DNA of 64,000 nucleotides from Acidimicrobiia bacterium (GCA_051011415.1 JBPCTY010000123.1:10750-74749), one strand, 5' to 3'. Shown: positions 19,968 through 29,246, counted from the stretch's first letter. Numbers and translations: made by a program. Notes: a model not told the origin generated them from the letters alone.

Positions 19968-20741
19968 CTACTTGTACGCCGGTTCGATGAATCGGTTGCG
20001 AAGACTCATCACAGCCTTGGTGTGGATCTGACAGATCCGCGACTCGGTCACATTCAGGACATTGCCGATCTCGGCGAGCGTCAGCCCCTCGTAGTAGTAC
20101 AAGGTCAGGACCAGACGCTCACGATCAGGTAATCGATTGATGGAGTCTGCGAGGAGGTACCTCGTCTCCTCCTTCTCGTAGCTGCCGGACGGATCGATGG
20201 CCGTCTTGTCGGCGATCATCTCGCTCATCGCCCCGGACTCGCGCTCGGAAGGGTTCAGTAACTCGTCGAGCGCAACGAAGCCAAGATTTGCGATCTCTCC
20301 GAGATAGTCCCGCAGCGAGTCCACCGGTACGTCCATGGCTTCTGCGACCTCGACCTCCGTCGGGGTCCTTTGGAGACGGTGCTCAAGCTCAGCCATCGTG
20401 CGCTGGATCTCTCTGGCGCGCGACCGCACCGAACGAGGCACCCAATCGAGTGCACGCAACTCGTCAAGAATCGCACCCTTGATCCGGCTGACCGCATACG
20501 TCTCAAACTTATATCCGCGCTCTGGTTCGAACTTATCGACGGCGTCGATGAGTCCAAAGGTGCCAAAGGAGATCAGATCGGACTGATCGACGTTCTTCGG
20601 CAAGCCTGCGCCGACGCGGCCAGCTACGAACTTCACCAACGGAGAAAAGTGGATGATCAGGCCTTCGCGAGCAGCCTCATCTCCCGTGGACTTGTAGGAG
20701 TCCCAGAGTTCGTTGAGAAATTCGGGGGCCGGTTCAGGCAC
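19968..20741 (-). CDS. whiG: FliA/WhiG-family (sigma-28 type) RNA polymerase sigma factor
   Basis: 257 aa. Region 2 is [42 protein letters not shown] and region 4 is [24 protein letters not shown]. Confidence 0.85.
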   Translation of the reverse strand: MPEPAPEFLNELWDSYKSTGDEAAREGLIIHFSPLVKFVAGRVGAGLPKNVDQSDLISFGTFGLIDAVDKFEPERGYKFETYAVSRIKGAILDELRALDWVPRSVRSRAREIQRTMAELEHRLQRTPTEVEVAEAMDVPVDSLRDYLGEIANLGFVALDELLNPSERESGAMSEMIADKTAIDPSGSYEKEETRYLLADSINRLPDRERLVLTLYYYEGLTLAEIGNVLNVTESRICQIHTKAVMSLRNRFIEPAYK

Positions 20742-21612
20742 GTGGGTGGCTTCTCTCGTAGGTCTCGGTCATGTGCGTTCGGGTGACGGCAGTGTAGATC
20801 TGTGTTGTCGCCAGCTCGGCATGTCCGAGCAAATCCTGGACAGAGCGTAGGTCAGCTCCGTTCTCGAGAAGGTGAGTTGCGAAGGAATGACGCATCGCAT
20901 GAGGAAACGAACCGACTCGCAATTGCACCACCCTGCGGATCCCTCTGGTGCCAAGCGGGCCGCCACGAACCCCAACAAAGAGCGCATTCCCAGCCGAAGG
21001 GTGTGCAAGGAGAGGACGTGCGTTGGTGACGTATGCGTCAAGCGCGGCCTCGGCCTTTCGGGGAACCGGCACGGACCGCTCCTTTGAACCCTTGCCCTTC
21101 ACAACGAGGAACCTGGTGCGTCGCACATCGTCCACGGTCAGCGACGCCAACTCCGAGACGCGCAGCCCACAGCCGTACAAGGTCTCGATGATCGCGCGAT
21201 CCCTGAGGCCCTCGGGCGTCGTTGCGTCGATGCCATCAAGCATCTTTGACAGCGACACAGCTGGCACAGCCTTCGGAAGGGTTCGTGGCTTCTTGGGCTG
21301 AGCGACACCGATCGCAGGATTGGCGTCGATCACTCCTCGCCTGGCGGCATCGCTGAGAAACGAGCGGACGGCCGAGACTCTTCGTGACACCGTCGATGCT
21401 GCATACCCACGGGTAGAGAGGCTTGCGGTGTAGCGCCGCACGACGACCCTGTCGATGTCCTCGACGTTCTGGGTCCCGTACCGATCTGCGAAGTCAACGA
21501 ATCCCGAGAGATCTCGCTCGTACGCATCCAGAGTGTGAGTTGACAGCCCTCGGTCAACTCTGGCGCGGCGGAGGTACTCCGCGGCTGCGTCAGCTATTGG
21601 GGTTCCCGGCAT
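20734..21612 (-). CDS. xerC: tyrosine recombinase XerC/XerD
   Basis: 292 aa. Carries the catalytic-region motifs [36 protein letters not shown]. Confidence 0.9.
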   Translation of the reverse strand: MPGTPIADAAAEYLRRARVDRGLSTHTLDAYERDLSGFVDFADRYGTQNVEDIDRVVVRRYTASLSTRGYAASTVSRRVSAVRSFLSDAARRGVIDANPAIGVAQPKKPRTLPKAVPAVSLSKMLDGIDATTPEGLRDRAIIETLYGCGLRVSELASLTVDDVRRTRFLVVKGKGSKERSVPVPRKAEAALDAYVTNARPLLAHPSAGNALFVGVRGGPLGTRGIRRVVQLRVGSFPHAMRHSFATHLLENGADLRSVQDLLGHAELATTQIYTAVTRTHMTETYERSHPRA

Positions 21613-21675
21613 CGCACCATGGTACGGCGGCAGACCGCTGCGTCAATGATGCATGCGACCTACCGGTTCGGCCGT

Positions 21676-21918
21676 CTAGATCTGGCCCAGTTTGACGGCC
21701 AGTTCGGCGTCGCTTGGTTCGGTGAGATGTGTGCCGTCGCCAAAGACAACAACCGGAACGCTCGTGCGCCCGCCGTTGTACTCCTTGACCTTGTCGATAG
21801 CTTCCGGAACTGCTTCGACATCGACGTAGTCATATGCAACGTCATGCTGATCGAGGTAGGACCGTGCGGCCCGGCAGTCCTTGCAGTGACCGTTTCCGAA
21901 GAGAGTGATGTCAGCCAT
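21676..21918 (-). CDS. glutaredoxin-like (NrdH/mycoredoxin-type) small thiol-disulfide protein
   Basis: 80 aa. Has a CKDC redox motif near the N-terminus (LFGNGHCKDCRAARSYL) and TSVPVVVF, giving a thioredoxin-fold pattern. Confidence 0.75.
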   Translation of the reverse strand: MADITLFGNGHCKDCRAARSYLDQHDVAYDYVDVEAVPEAIDKVKEYNGGRTSVPVVVFGDGTHLTEPSDAELAVKLGQI

Positions 21919-22174
21919 GGGTGTCCTTTGGCGGTTGGAGTTGTCGAGTGCGAGGCGAGCCTAGGAAGAAGACTCAGTTACGCCGTCTGGTGTGGCGAGC
22001 CGTGTCCTGGCGACACAACGATTTTGCACAATCATGCACAGCGCGCTTCACTATGCGGAACGACGTTCCATCCAGCGGTACAAGTGGATGCGGAGTCGTC
22101 AGAAGCTGTGAACACGACCGCGGGTGCAACGGGCTCGCCGAACCGCGGTCCCTACGGGCAAGGATGGTGAGGAC

Positions 22175-23416
22175 ATGCGTCCACACGTCGAACTGATCCA
22201 CGAGGACGACTACGTCTGGCACACGGCTGAACTCCCGCAGGGGGAAGGCCGCGCCGCCGAGCGCCGCCTCTCGGTCGATGAGGAGGATGGCTCGTCTTCA
22301 CTTCGTATCGGCTTCCAAACCGACTGGGGCCGTGGTCCGGGCATCCACCATGCCAATACCGAGTACCACGTCCTCGAGGGCGAGATGGACTACGGCGGCC
22401 GAAAGGTTGGCAAGGGTGCATACCTCTACGTCCCTAGGGGCGTGCCTGCCGACTACCTGAAGTTCTCCGAGGGAACAAAGATCCTCCATTACCGCGAGTA
22501 CGGCGACGCTGGCTTCGACCGCACGGATTCGGCAGACGCCAAGCCGTGGGACGATGCCCGCGAAGAGGTCATCCTCATCGATACCGAGGCAATGGAATGG
22601 ATGGATGTCCCCAATCCTGGACCGATGCCGGGTCTCATGATCAAGTACCTCCACGTAGACCCCGATACCGGCTTCTATACCCGGCTCGTGCACGCTCGTG
22701 AGGGATGGGCTGACCATCGGCTCGCACATCACCCGTGTTACGAGGAGGCGTACACCACGCAGGGGCACATGGAGTACAACTTCGGGACGCTCGACCTCGG
22801 CACGTACTTCTTCCGTCCGGCCCGCGTGAAGCACGGCCACTTCACCACGATGGAGGGCGGCGCAACATGGCTGCTGCGTTCCGACGGTGAACTCCTTAAC
22901 TGGTACACCCAGAACGAGTGGGTCAGGTACGGCGGTGAAGGTGTGAACTACGGCCCCGACGGCGGCCGCATGACGTGGTCCTACTCCTCGCACGACCTCG
23001 CTGGCGGCACGACCTGGCGTTCAGAGAACGATCAGGAGGATCTGCTCACGGCTCTGAAGTTCCAGACCGATCAGGGCCTCCCCGATGCACCCTACGTCCA
23101 GCACGGCACCGGTGCGGACCGTTCCAAAATCGCAATCATGATCGCGATGGACGCCATGCGCCTCAACGGCGGTCACGGTGACCACGATCACGACGACGAC
23201 CACAGCCACGATCACGACGATCTACCGTCGTCAGAGGAGTTGGGCTGGCAGGATCCGTCGTCGATCGAACACCCCGAGGAGCGCACCGATGCAAAGAGGC
23301 ACGACTGGGGAGCCGGTCGTGTCCACGAGGACGGTGACCGCATCCCCATGCCGATCCTCTCCAGCATTCCAGTCCGCTCGCGAAGCCGCGGTCGCTGGGA
23401 TGGCGACGGCATGTAG
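22175..23416 (+). CDS. bicupin-like protein with His/Asp-rich C-terminal segment
   Basis: ORF 22124..23416 trimmed to ATG 22175, behind AAGGATGGTGAGGA. It has two cupin-like metal motifs (GIHHANTEYHVLEGEMDYGG and HHPCYEEAYTTQGHMEYNFG) and then GGHGDHDHDDDHSHDHDD. Confidence 0.55.
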   Translation: MRPHVELIHEDDYVWHTAELPQGEGRAAERRLSVDEEDGSSSLRIGFQTDWGRGPGIHHANTEYHVLEGEMDYGGRKVGKGAYLYVPRGVPADYLKFSEGTKILHYREYGDAGFDRTDSADAKPWDDAREEVILIDTEAMEWMDVPNPGPMPGLMIKYLHVDPDTGFYTRLVHAREGWADHRLAHHPCYEEAYTTQGHMEYNFGTLDLGTYFFRPARVKHGHFTTMEGGATWLLRSDGELLNWYTQNEWVRYGGEGVNYGPDGGRMTWSYSSHDLAGGTTWRSENDQEDLLTALKFQTDQGLPDAPYVQHGTGADRSKIAIMIAMDAMRLNGGHGDHDHDDDHSHDHDDLPSSEELGWQDPSSIEHPEERTDAKRHDWGAGRVHEDGDRIPMPILSSIPVRSRSRGRWDGDGM

Positions 23417-23446
23417 CCACCCGTAGCACTGCCCGCCTCGAAACAG

Positions 23447-24307
23447 TCACGTAGGCGGTAGTGATACGAGTGGTGTCACGAGCGAGAGCACCATTCGCAG
23501 ATCATCTGCACCAAAAACCGGAAACGCACCATCGCGAATGAGCCGGTTCGTACCGACCGATGCCGGTCGGTCGACATCGGCAGGAGTGGCGTATACCGGC
23601 GTTCCCGCCTCGAGCGCGATACGCGCCGTGATCAGCGCACCCCCCGTCTCGCCAGCTTCGACCACGAGCACGACATCCGCCAACCCAACGATGATCCGGT
23701 TTCGGGTGGGGAATCGCCAGCCATCTGGTCTGGTCCCGGGGGGAAACTCAGATACCACGGCACCTCCCGTGTCGAGAATGCGGTCGTGCAAGTGTGCGTG
23801 CTGCCGCGGATAGATCACATCGATCCCCGAACCAAGCACCGACACGCAGTGTCCATTGCTTTCCACCGCACCTGACTGTGCGGCATGATCGATTCCTTTG
23901 GCGAGCCCGCTCACCACTGTCCAACCCTCGGCGGCTGCAACCATGCCGTAGGCGGAAGCAAGATCCGTTCCATACGCGGTACAGGTTCTCGTCCCGACAA
24001 TCGCAATCGACGGTCCAGTTCGTGGCGAACCCTTCGCAAACAGCCACCTTGGCGCAGTGCTGCTGGCGGCAAGTCGCGATGGGAAGGATTCGGGCCCATC
24101 AAGGAAGTCGATCCTCCTGCGGGCAAGTTGGTTTCGTCTCTGATCTGCCGAGACCGAGACGGCATCTCGCACCGATTCTGAGGCCTTCGCACTCCCACAA
24201 CGGATAGCCGTAACAGCAGCCTCCGGTGTCTGCCAACGATTCATCAAGGTGTCAACTCTGTTGGGTGAGAGGCCACCAAAGGCAAGCCGCAGAAGGCCAT
24301 CACTCAT
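23447..24307 (-). CDS. dprA: DNA processing/protecting protein DprA (short form, no C-terminal winged helix)
   Basis: 286 aa. Rossmann-like core IAIVGTRTCTAYG...VVSGLAKGIDHAAQSGA...VLGSGIDVIYP. ATGA overlap with comM. Confidence 0.88.
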   Translation of the reverse strand: MSDGLLRLAFGGLSPNRVDTLMNRWQTPEAAVTAIRCGSAKASESVRDAVSVSADQRRNQLARRRIDFLDGPESFPSRLAASSTAPRWLFAKGSPRTGPSIAIVGTRTCTAYGTDLASAYGMVAAAEGWTVVSGLAKGIDHAAQSGAVESNGHCVSVLGSGIDVIYPRQHAHLHDRILDTGGAVVSEFPPGTRPDGWRFPTRNRIIVGLADVVLVVEAGETGGALITARIALEAGTPVYATPADVDRPASVGTNRLIRDGAFPVFGADDLRMVLSLVTPLVSLPPT

Positions 24308-25773
24308 CGCATACCCGTTCTCAGATCGACAGCTTCCAGAACATGAACCTCATCGATGCGCTCGGATGCATCAAGGTCCGCAATCGTCCTAGCACACCGT
24401 CGTACACGGTCCCAACCCCGGCCTGTCATCAGGTTGGCGTCGTAGGCGACAGAAAGGGCCCGTGTCGCACGTGCAGTGAGATCGAGGGCGCTGAGCTGGT
24501 CACCAGAGAGATGCCGGTTCATCGTTCCCCGCTTCATTTGGATGCTTCTTGCGGCAAGCACCCTGCGCCGCACGAGAGCAGACGATTCCCCCAGATCTCC
24601 CGAGAGCTCACCGGCGCGGAGCCTGTCAACAGTGACGCGGATGTCGAAACGGTCCATGAGCGGCCCTGACAGCCGCAGGCGATACCGGTCCTTTTGGGAC
24701 TCCGTGCAACGGCATGGTGTTCGCTGATCATCGCGAAATCCGCAAGGGCATGGGTTCGTGGCGCCGACGACCTGGATGTTTGCCGGAAAGAGGATTGACT
24801 CGGATGCTCGTGCGATCATCACGGTCCCCTCTTCAATCGGCTGCCGTAGCGCATCCAGAGTCGATGGTGAGAATTCGCCAAGCTCGTCGAGAAAGAGGAC
24901 CCCGTGGTGGGCCCTTGTGACTTCACCCGGCCGTGGCACACCAACTCCGCCACCAACCAATGCAGCTGTTGAGGACGAGTGGTGCGGCGCTCTGAATGGC
25001 GGATCAACGTGCACCATCGGGAACGCTCCGGCTGCCGAGGCGATGAGTGCAACCTCCGTGGCCTGTTCAGGCGTGAGACGTGGAAGGATCGAGGGCAGGC
25101 ATCTCGCGAGCAGCGTCTTTCCCGAACCAGGCGATCCATTGAGCAGGATGTGGTGTCCGCCAGCTGCTGCAACCTCCATTGCGCGTCGGGCCTTGGGCTG
25201 TCCGCGCACGATCGCAAGGTCGTGGCTCTGTGGAGCTGACATAGCGGTTGGCTCCACGCCCCGAGCCTGGCGAGTGCCCTGGGCAACACCGACCGCCTCG
25301 CCGAGCAGCCGCACACCCTGAATGTGTTTCGCACGTTCGCTCGAGGCATTGCTATCGACCGATGCCAGGCACTTCTTTCCTTCAGACCGTGCGACCTCGA
25401 CCGCCGCGAGCACTCCCGTGACCCCCTTGACGACACCATCGAGAGAGAGTTCACCGACACAGACGTACTCGGAAAGATCCAGCGCACCTTCTTCGGTTGC
25501 ACCGATGATGCTGAGAGCAATGGGCAGGTCATAGGTCGATCCAACCTTTGGGATGTCTGCCGGACTGAGTGAGACCACAACGCGACCTAGCGGAAAGGTG
25601 AATCCTTGGCGCTTGATCGCAGCACGCACTCGATCTCGCGACTCTCGGACGACGGCGTCTGGGAGACCGACGATCGAGAACGATGTCTTTGCGGAAGGAC
25701 TCACCGATGCTTCGACGGTGACGGGTCGGGGATCCACGCCGACCATCGCACTGGATGTGACGGATGAATACAT
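24304..25773 (-). CDS. comM: YifB/ComM family Mg-chelatase-like AAA+ ATPase
   Basis: 489 aa. Has a Lon-protease-like N-domain (YDLPIALSIIG), Walker A LNGSPGSGKT and Walker B VLFLDELGEF. Confidence 0.9.
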   Translation of the reverse strand: MYSSVTSSAMVGVDPRPVTVEASVSPSAKTSFSIVGLPDAVVRESRDRVRAAIKRQGFTFPLGRVVVSLSPADIPKVGSTYDLPIALSIIGATEEGALDLSEYVCVGELSLDGVVKGVTGVLAAVEVARSEGKKCLASVDSNASSERAKHIQGVRLLGEAVGVAQGTRQARGVEPTAMSAPQSHDLAIVRGQPKARRAMEVAAAGGHHILLNGSPGSGKTLLARCLPSILPRLTPEQATEVALIASAAGAFPMVHVDPPFRAPHHSSSTAALVGGGVGVPRPGEVTRAHHGVLFLDELGEFSPSTLDALRQPIEEGTVMIARASESILFPANIQVVGATNPCPCGFRDDQRTPCRCTESQKDRYRLRLSGPLMDRFDIRVTVDRLRAGELSGDLGESSALVRRRVLAARSIQMKRGTMNRHLSGDQLSALDLTARATRALSVAYDANLMTGRGWDRVRRCARTIADLDASERIDEVHVLEAVDLRTGMR

Positions 25774-25825
25774 GACTCGAACCTATGCCGTGGGTGTGAC
25801 ACGCACGGACCGGTACGGTGGACGG

Positions 25826-26089
25826 ATGCAATGGTGGACGGTTGTCGGAGTGATTCTTGTGCTGGTGGTGGTGGCTGGCGTGGTCCACCTCGCGCTCACC
25901 TTTGCCAACCGGCGTGGATGGGTGTGGTACCGAAACAAGGACCGGCCGCCACCGCGATCACTCGGGATGCTTGAAGAGGTCTACCAACCGTCGATCGAGC
26001 ACGTCATAGACGCTGAAGCGAAGGACGACTCAGAGGCCGACCACGAGGCATCCGGCGATCCCGAAGAGCCCGGACAGACCGACGCCTAG
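25826..26089 (+). CDS. small single-pass membrane protein with acidic tail (DUF6191-like)
   Basis: ORF 25553..26089 trimmed to ATG 25826, because the upstream part overlaps comM. It has a TM helix WWTVVGVILVLVVVAGVVHLAL and then LEEVYQPSIEHVIDAEAKDDSEADHEASGDPEEPG. Confidence 0.5.
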   Translation: MQWWTVVGVILVLVVVAGVVHLALTFANRRGWVWYRNKDRPPPRSLGMLEEVYQPSIEHVIDAEAKDDSEADHEASGDPEEPGQTDA

Positions 26090-26156
26090 CGGGGCAATCC
26101 ACGATTCTGGGGTGGTCTGCTCGTAGAATCCTGTCATCTATCCGTGGGAGGATGTC

Positions 26157-26447
26157 ATGGCAGACGAGAGTGGTCTCGGAGATCTCTTCGATTTGACCTT
26201 CACGAAGTATGTAACACCGACGGTGATCAGGATCGTCTACATCCTGGTGATTGTATTCACAGCCTTGTGGTGGATCATTGGTGCCATTGCGACCTTCGCA
26301 AACAGCATCGGTGCAGGACTCGGGTTCCTGATCTTCGGAACCCTCGGTGCGCTGATCGGTCTCCTCTTGTGGCGTGTGCTGCTCGAGGTAACGATGGTCA
26401 TCTTCCGAATCAAGGAAAACACGGACAACCTGAACCCAGGGTCCTGA
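26157..26447 (+). CDS. DUF4282-like small membrane protein
   Basis: 96 aa. Carries FDLTFTKYVTPTVIRIVYIL, two TM helices, and RVLLEVTMVIFRIKENT, the pattern I associate with DUF4282. RBS GGGAGGA. Confidence 0.65.
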   Translation: MADESGLGDLFDLTFTKYVTPTVIRIVYILVIVFTALWWIIGAIATFANSIGAGLGFLIFGTLGALIGLLLWRVLLEVTMVIFRIKENTDNLNPGS

Positions 26448-26462
26448 ACCAAGAAACTCCGA

Positions 26463-27254
26463 CTAGCGCCCCTCGAACTTCGGGGGGCGCTTTTCGATGA
26501 ACGCAGCGGCACCTTCGATCAGGTCCTCCGACGACAACAACACGCCTTGTGCCTGCTCCTCAAACGCCAACGCCTGCTCAAAGGTCATCGTCGACGACCG
26601 GTCGAGCGCACGTTTCACGAACGCCTGAGCCAACGGAGCACCAGCAGCGAGCTCAACCGCGACTTGCGATGCCCGCAGCGCAAGGTTCTCTGGTGAAACT
26701 GTTTCGGTGACAAGCCCGATCTCGAGCGCCTCATCCGCCTCGACAATCCGTCCTGTGAGCGCAAGCTCGCGCGCTCGAGTTGCACCCACGAGGCGCGGCA
26801 GCAGCCATGTACCGCCCAGATCCATTGTGAGCCCACGTTTGACGAATATCTCAGCGAATCGTGCGCGTGTCGACGCAATCACAAAGTCGCAGCCGATTGC
26901 GATGTTCATGCCTGCGCCAACCGCCACGCCGTCAACCGCTGCGATCGTCGGCTTCGACAGCCGATGCAACGCGCTGGCAACGCGATTCGTCTTTCGCATG
27001 CGAGCAGCGTTGTCCGCAGCGGATGGAACGTCTGGCCGCGCCTTGTTCATGTCGGCGCCGGCGCAGAAGTTCTCACCGTCGCCGGTGAGGATCATGACAC
27101 GCTGGTCAGACGCCCCGAACTCCTCGAACGCATCTGCGAGGTCCGTCCAGGCATCGGGAGGCACCGCATTCATTCGACCTGGGTTCGACATCGTGATCGT
27201 TCGGACAGATCCGGCGTCGCTAGCTGATACAAAGGAAGGTGGTGCGTCAGTCAT
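26463..27254 (-). CDS. enoyl-CoA hydratase/isomerase (crotonase) family protein
   Basis: ORF trimmed to ATG 27254 (MTDAPPSFV). Carries ILTGDGENFCAGADM and AVDGVAVGAGMNIAIGCDF, the crotonase oxyanion-hole motifs. Confidence 0.88.
   Translation of the reverse strand: MTDAPPSFVSASDAGSVRTITMSNPGRMNAVPPDAWTDLADAFEEFGASDQRVMILTGDGENFCAGADMNKARPDVPSAADNAARMRKTNRVASALHRLSKPTIAAVDGVAVGAGMNIAIGCDFVIASTRARFAEIFVKRGLTMDLGGTWLLPRLVGATRARELALTGRIVEADEALEIGLVTETVSPENLALRASQVAVELAAGAPLAQAFVKRALDRSSTMTFEQALAFEEQAQGVLLSSEDLIEGAAAFIEKRPPKFEGR
26466..26495 (+). terminator. intrinsic terminator for the DUF4282 gene, embedded in the 3' end of convergent echA-like gene
   Basis: gcgcccctcg-aactt-cggggggcgc forms a 10-bp stem with one G-U pair and is followed by TTTTC. 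It starts 18 nt after the plus-strand stop codon. Confidence 0.6.
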
Positions 27255-27293
27255 TGCCCCGATCGTACCTGCCCTCGAACCTATCCTCCCGCC

Positions 27294-27524
27294 ATGCCCG
27301 AATCGCTTCTGACCCACGACGACACACCGTTCGGCTCCGAACTGGTGAAGCCGATCCAGCCCTATCAGGCACGCAAGAGCTACGTATGCCCCGGTTGCGA
27401 GAGCATCATCGAGGTTGGCGTCGGTCACGTGGTGGTCGTTCCCACGGAAGCCCCGGATCTCCGAAGACACTGGCATCGCGGATGCTGGCACAAGGAACGA
27501 AGACGCCGCGGTAGCCAGAACTAG
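27294..27524 (+). CDS. conserved small zinc-ribbon-like protein
   Basis: 76 aa. Carries YVCPGCESIIEVGVGHVVVVP ... RRHWHRGCWHKE, i.e. CxxC plus an H/C cluster, and a basic tail. Confidence 0.6.
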   Translation: MPESLLTHDDTPFGSELVKPIQPYQARKSYVCPGCESIIEVGVGHVVVVPTEAPDLRRHWHRGCWHKERRRRGSQN

Positions 27525-27550
27525 GGACCTCTCCATTGCGGTGCGCTCAG

Positions 27551-27883
27551 CTAGGTAACCCCCTGGAGCCACCGCATCTCAGCTCCCCACGGGCCAAGCC
27601 GAACGGCTACAACATCGATGCGACTGATCCGCACATTCCCGTACATGTCAGCGGCGCGGAGCAGGTTATTGATCTTTGCATCATCGAATGCGAGCAGTGG
27701 ATCTGCACCGGTTGATGTTGTCTTCACCTCGACTGCGATTACCCGTCGATGGTCTGCGACGACGACATCGATCTCATCCTTCCCGACACGAAGGTTGCGT
27801 TCAAGAATCCGGAGACCGCGCTGTAGAAGCATGCGGCACGCCAGATCTTCTCCTACGGCACCTACCCGAGTTCGACGGTTCAT
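27551..27883 (-). CDS. yraN: YraN family (UPF0102) endonuclease-like protein
   Basis: ORF trimmed to ATG 27883. Carries GEDLACRMLLQRGLRILERNLRVGKDEIDVVV...AVEVKT, a PD-(D/E)xK-like pattern. Confidence 0.85.
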   Translation of the reverse strand: MNRRTRVGAVGEDLACRMLLQRGLRILERNLRVGKDEIDVVVADHRRVIAVEVKTTSTGADPLLAFDDAKINNLLRAADMYGNVRISRIDVVAVRLGPWGAEMRWLQGVT

Positions 27884-27932
27884 CGTCCCAACGTATGGCA
27901 CGGCGACGACACATCGGGTTCGACCAGAGTCG

Positions 27933-28595
27933 CTAGAGGCCGCCCCAGCGGCTCGGAGGCCAGATGATGACAAACGCCTTGCCGACGACGTCATCCACCG
28001 GAATCGGGCCAAAGAACCGCGAATCCTGACTGGCAGCCCGGTTGTCGCCCATGACAAAGAGTGAATCCGGCGGAACCAGAACAGGGCCAAACGGAGGGGT
28101 CGTCAGACCAGGCGATTTCACGTAGGGCTCATCGAGAGCAACTCCGTTGACATACACCCGGCCGTCGATTCCCTCGACGCGGTCGCCTGGGAGGCCGATG
28201 ACACGCTTGATGAATTCCGAACGAGGGGTCGCAAGACCGACAGATTCCAGAAGGTTCCGGAATGCAGAGTCGACAATTGACTCGTCTGGTTGCTCAAACC
28301 CGCCTCTTGGGTCGTCAAACACGACAACATCGCCACTCGAAATGTCAGAGAACGAGTAGACGAACTTGTTCACGAGCACTCGGTCATTGATGTGCAGCGT
28401 GTTCTCCATCGAGGAGGACGGGATGTAGAACGCCTGGAAAAGGAACGTCTTGATGACGATCGCCACAAGAAGCGCGACTGCAATCAGGAGTGGAAGCTCG
28501 ACCCAGAACGGCAGCTGCTTGCGCTTTTGCTTGCCGGTTTGCGGCGGTTCCTCCGGTGGTACCACCGGCTCCATGTCAGATTCTGGGGAAGTCAC
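27933..28595 (-). CDS. lepB: signal peptidase I
   Basis: 220 aa. Has a TM anchor, the catalytic SSSMENTL box, and GDNRAASQDSR. Confidence 0.93.
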   Translation of the reverse strand: MTSPESDMEPVVPPEEPPQTGKQKRKQLPFWVELPLLIAVALLVAIVIKTFLFQAFYIPSSSMENTLHINDRVLVNKFVYSFSDISSGDVVVFDDPRGGFEQPDESIVDSAFRNLLESVGLATPRSEFIKRVIGLPGDRVEGIDGRVYVNGVALDEPYVKSPGLTTPPFGPVLVPPDSLFVMGDNRAASQDSRFFGPIPVDDVVGKAFVIIWPPSRWGGL

Positions 28596-28611
28596 GACAG
28601 AACCCTACCCA

Positions 28612-29166
28612 TCACATGGAGAACCCAGCATCGGGCGACGGCACGTAGCTACGGCCACCGAGGTAGTCGTGCCACAGCATGCGGGCAGCGGTACTGCGAT
28701 GTGGGGACCACTCCGCCGCCAGGTTGTCGGCATCGTCCTTCGATGGCACGACACCCTCGTACAGGTTTCGGCCCATCGACACGTACAACGCTCGATCACC
28801 CGTTGGCCATATGTCGGTTGAACCAAGTGAGAACAGCTGAAAGCAGGCAGCGGTCCAGGGTCCGATGCCACGGACCGCAAGAAGTGCCGCCCCCGGCTCC
28901 GGGATCGATGCAAGCGCCTCGGGGTCGAAATCGCCGGAAAGGATGAGCTCACCGACACCGCGGACGTAGCCAGCCTTCTGACGGGAGAAACCATCCGCCC
29001 GCAGTTCTGCGTCGGTCGATGCCAGCACAGCTTCGGGTGTTACTTCGCCGGTGCGGGTCTCCAGCTTGCGGAACGCAGCGTTCGCAGACGCAAGCGACAC
29101 TTGTTGCTCAAGTATCAGACGGACGAGCGTGTCGAAACTGGGTTGACGCACCCAAAGTGGTGGCAC
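28612..29166 (-). CDS. DNA-3-methyladenine glycosylase II-like (HhH-GPD, AlkA type)
   Basis: 184 aa. Carries LILEQQVSLASANA, the HhH motif VRGIGPWTAACF, and TGDRAL with the catalytic Asp. Confidence 0.8.
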   Translation of the reverse strand: MPPLWVRQPSFDTLVRLILEQQVSLASANAAFRKLETRTGEVTPEAVLASTDAELRADGFSRQKAGYVRGVGELILSGDFDPEALASIPEPGAALLAVRGIGPWTAACFQLFSLGSTDIWPTGDRALYVSMGRNLYEGVVPSKDDADNLAAEWSPHRSTAARMLWHDYLGGRSYVPSPDAGFSM

Positions 29167-29246
29167 GCCGTTTCTCGCAAGGAGTGCAGCAAACAGGGAG
29201 TGAGCTGCAGCGAGATCGTTCGTCTCGCCTGCAAGTTCGTCGGGAG

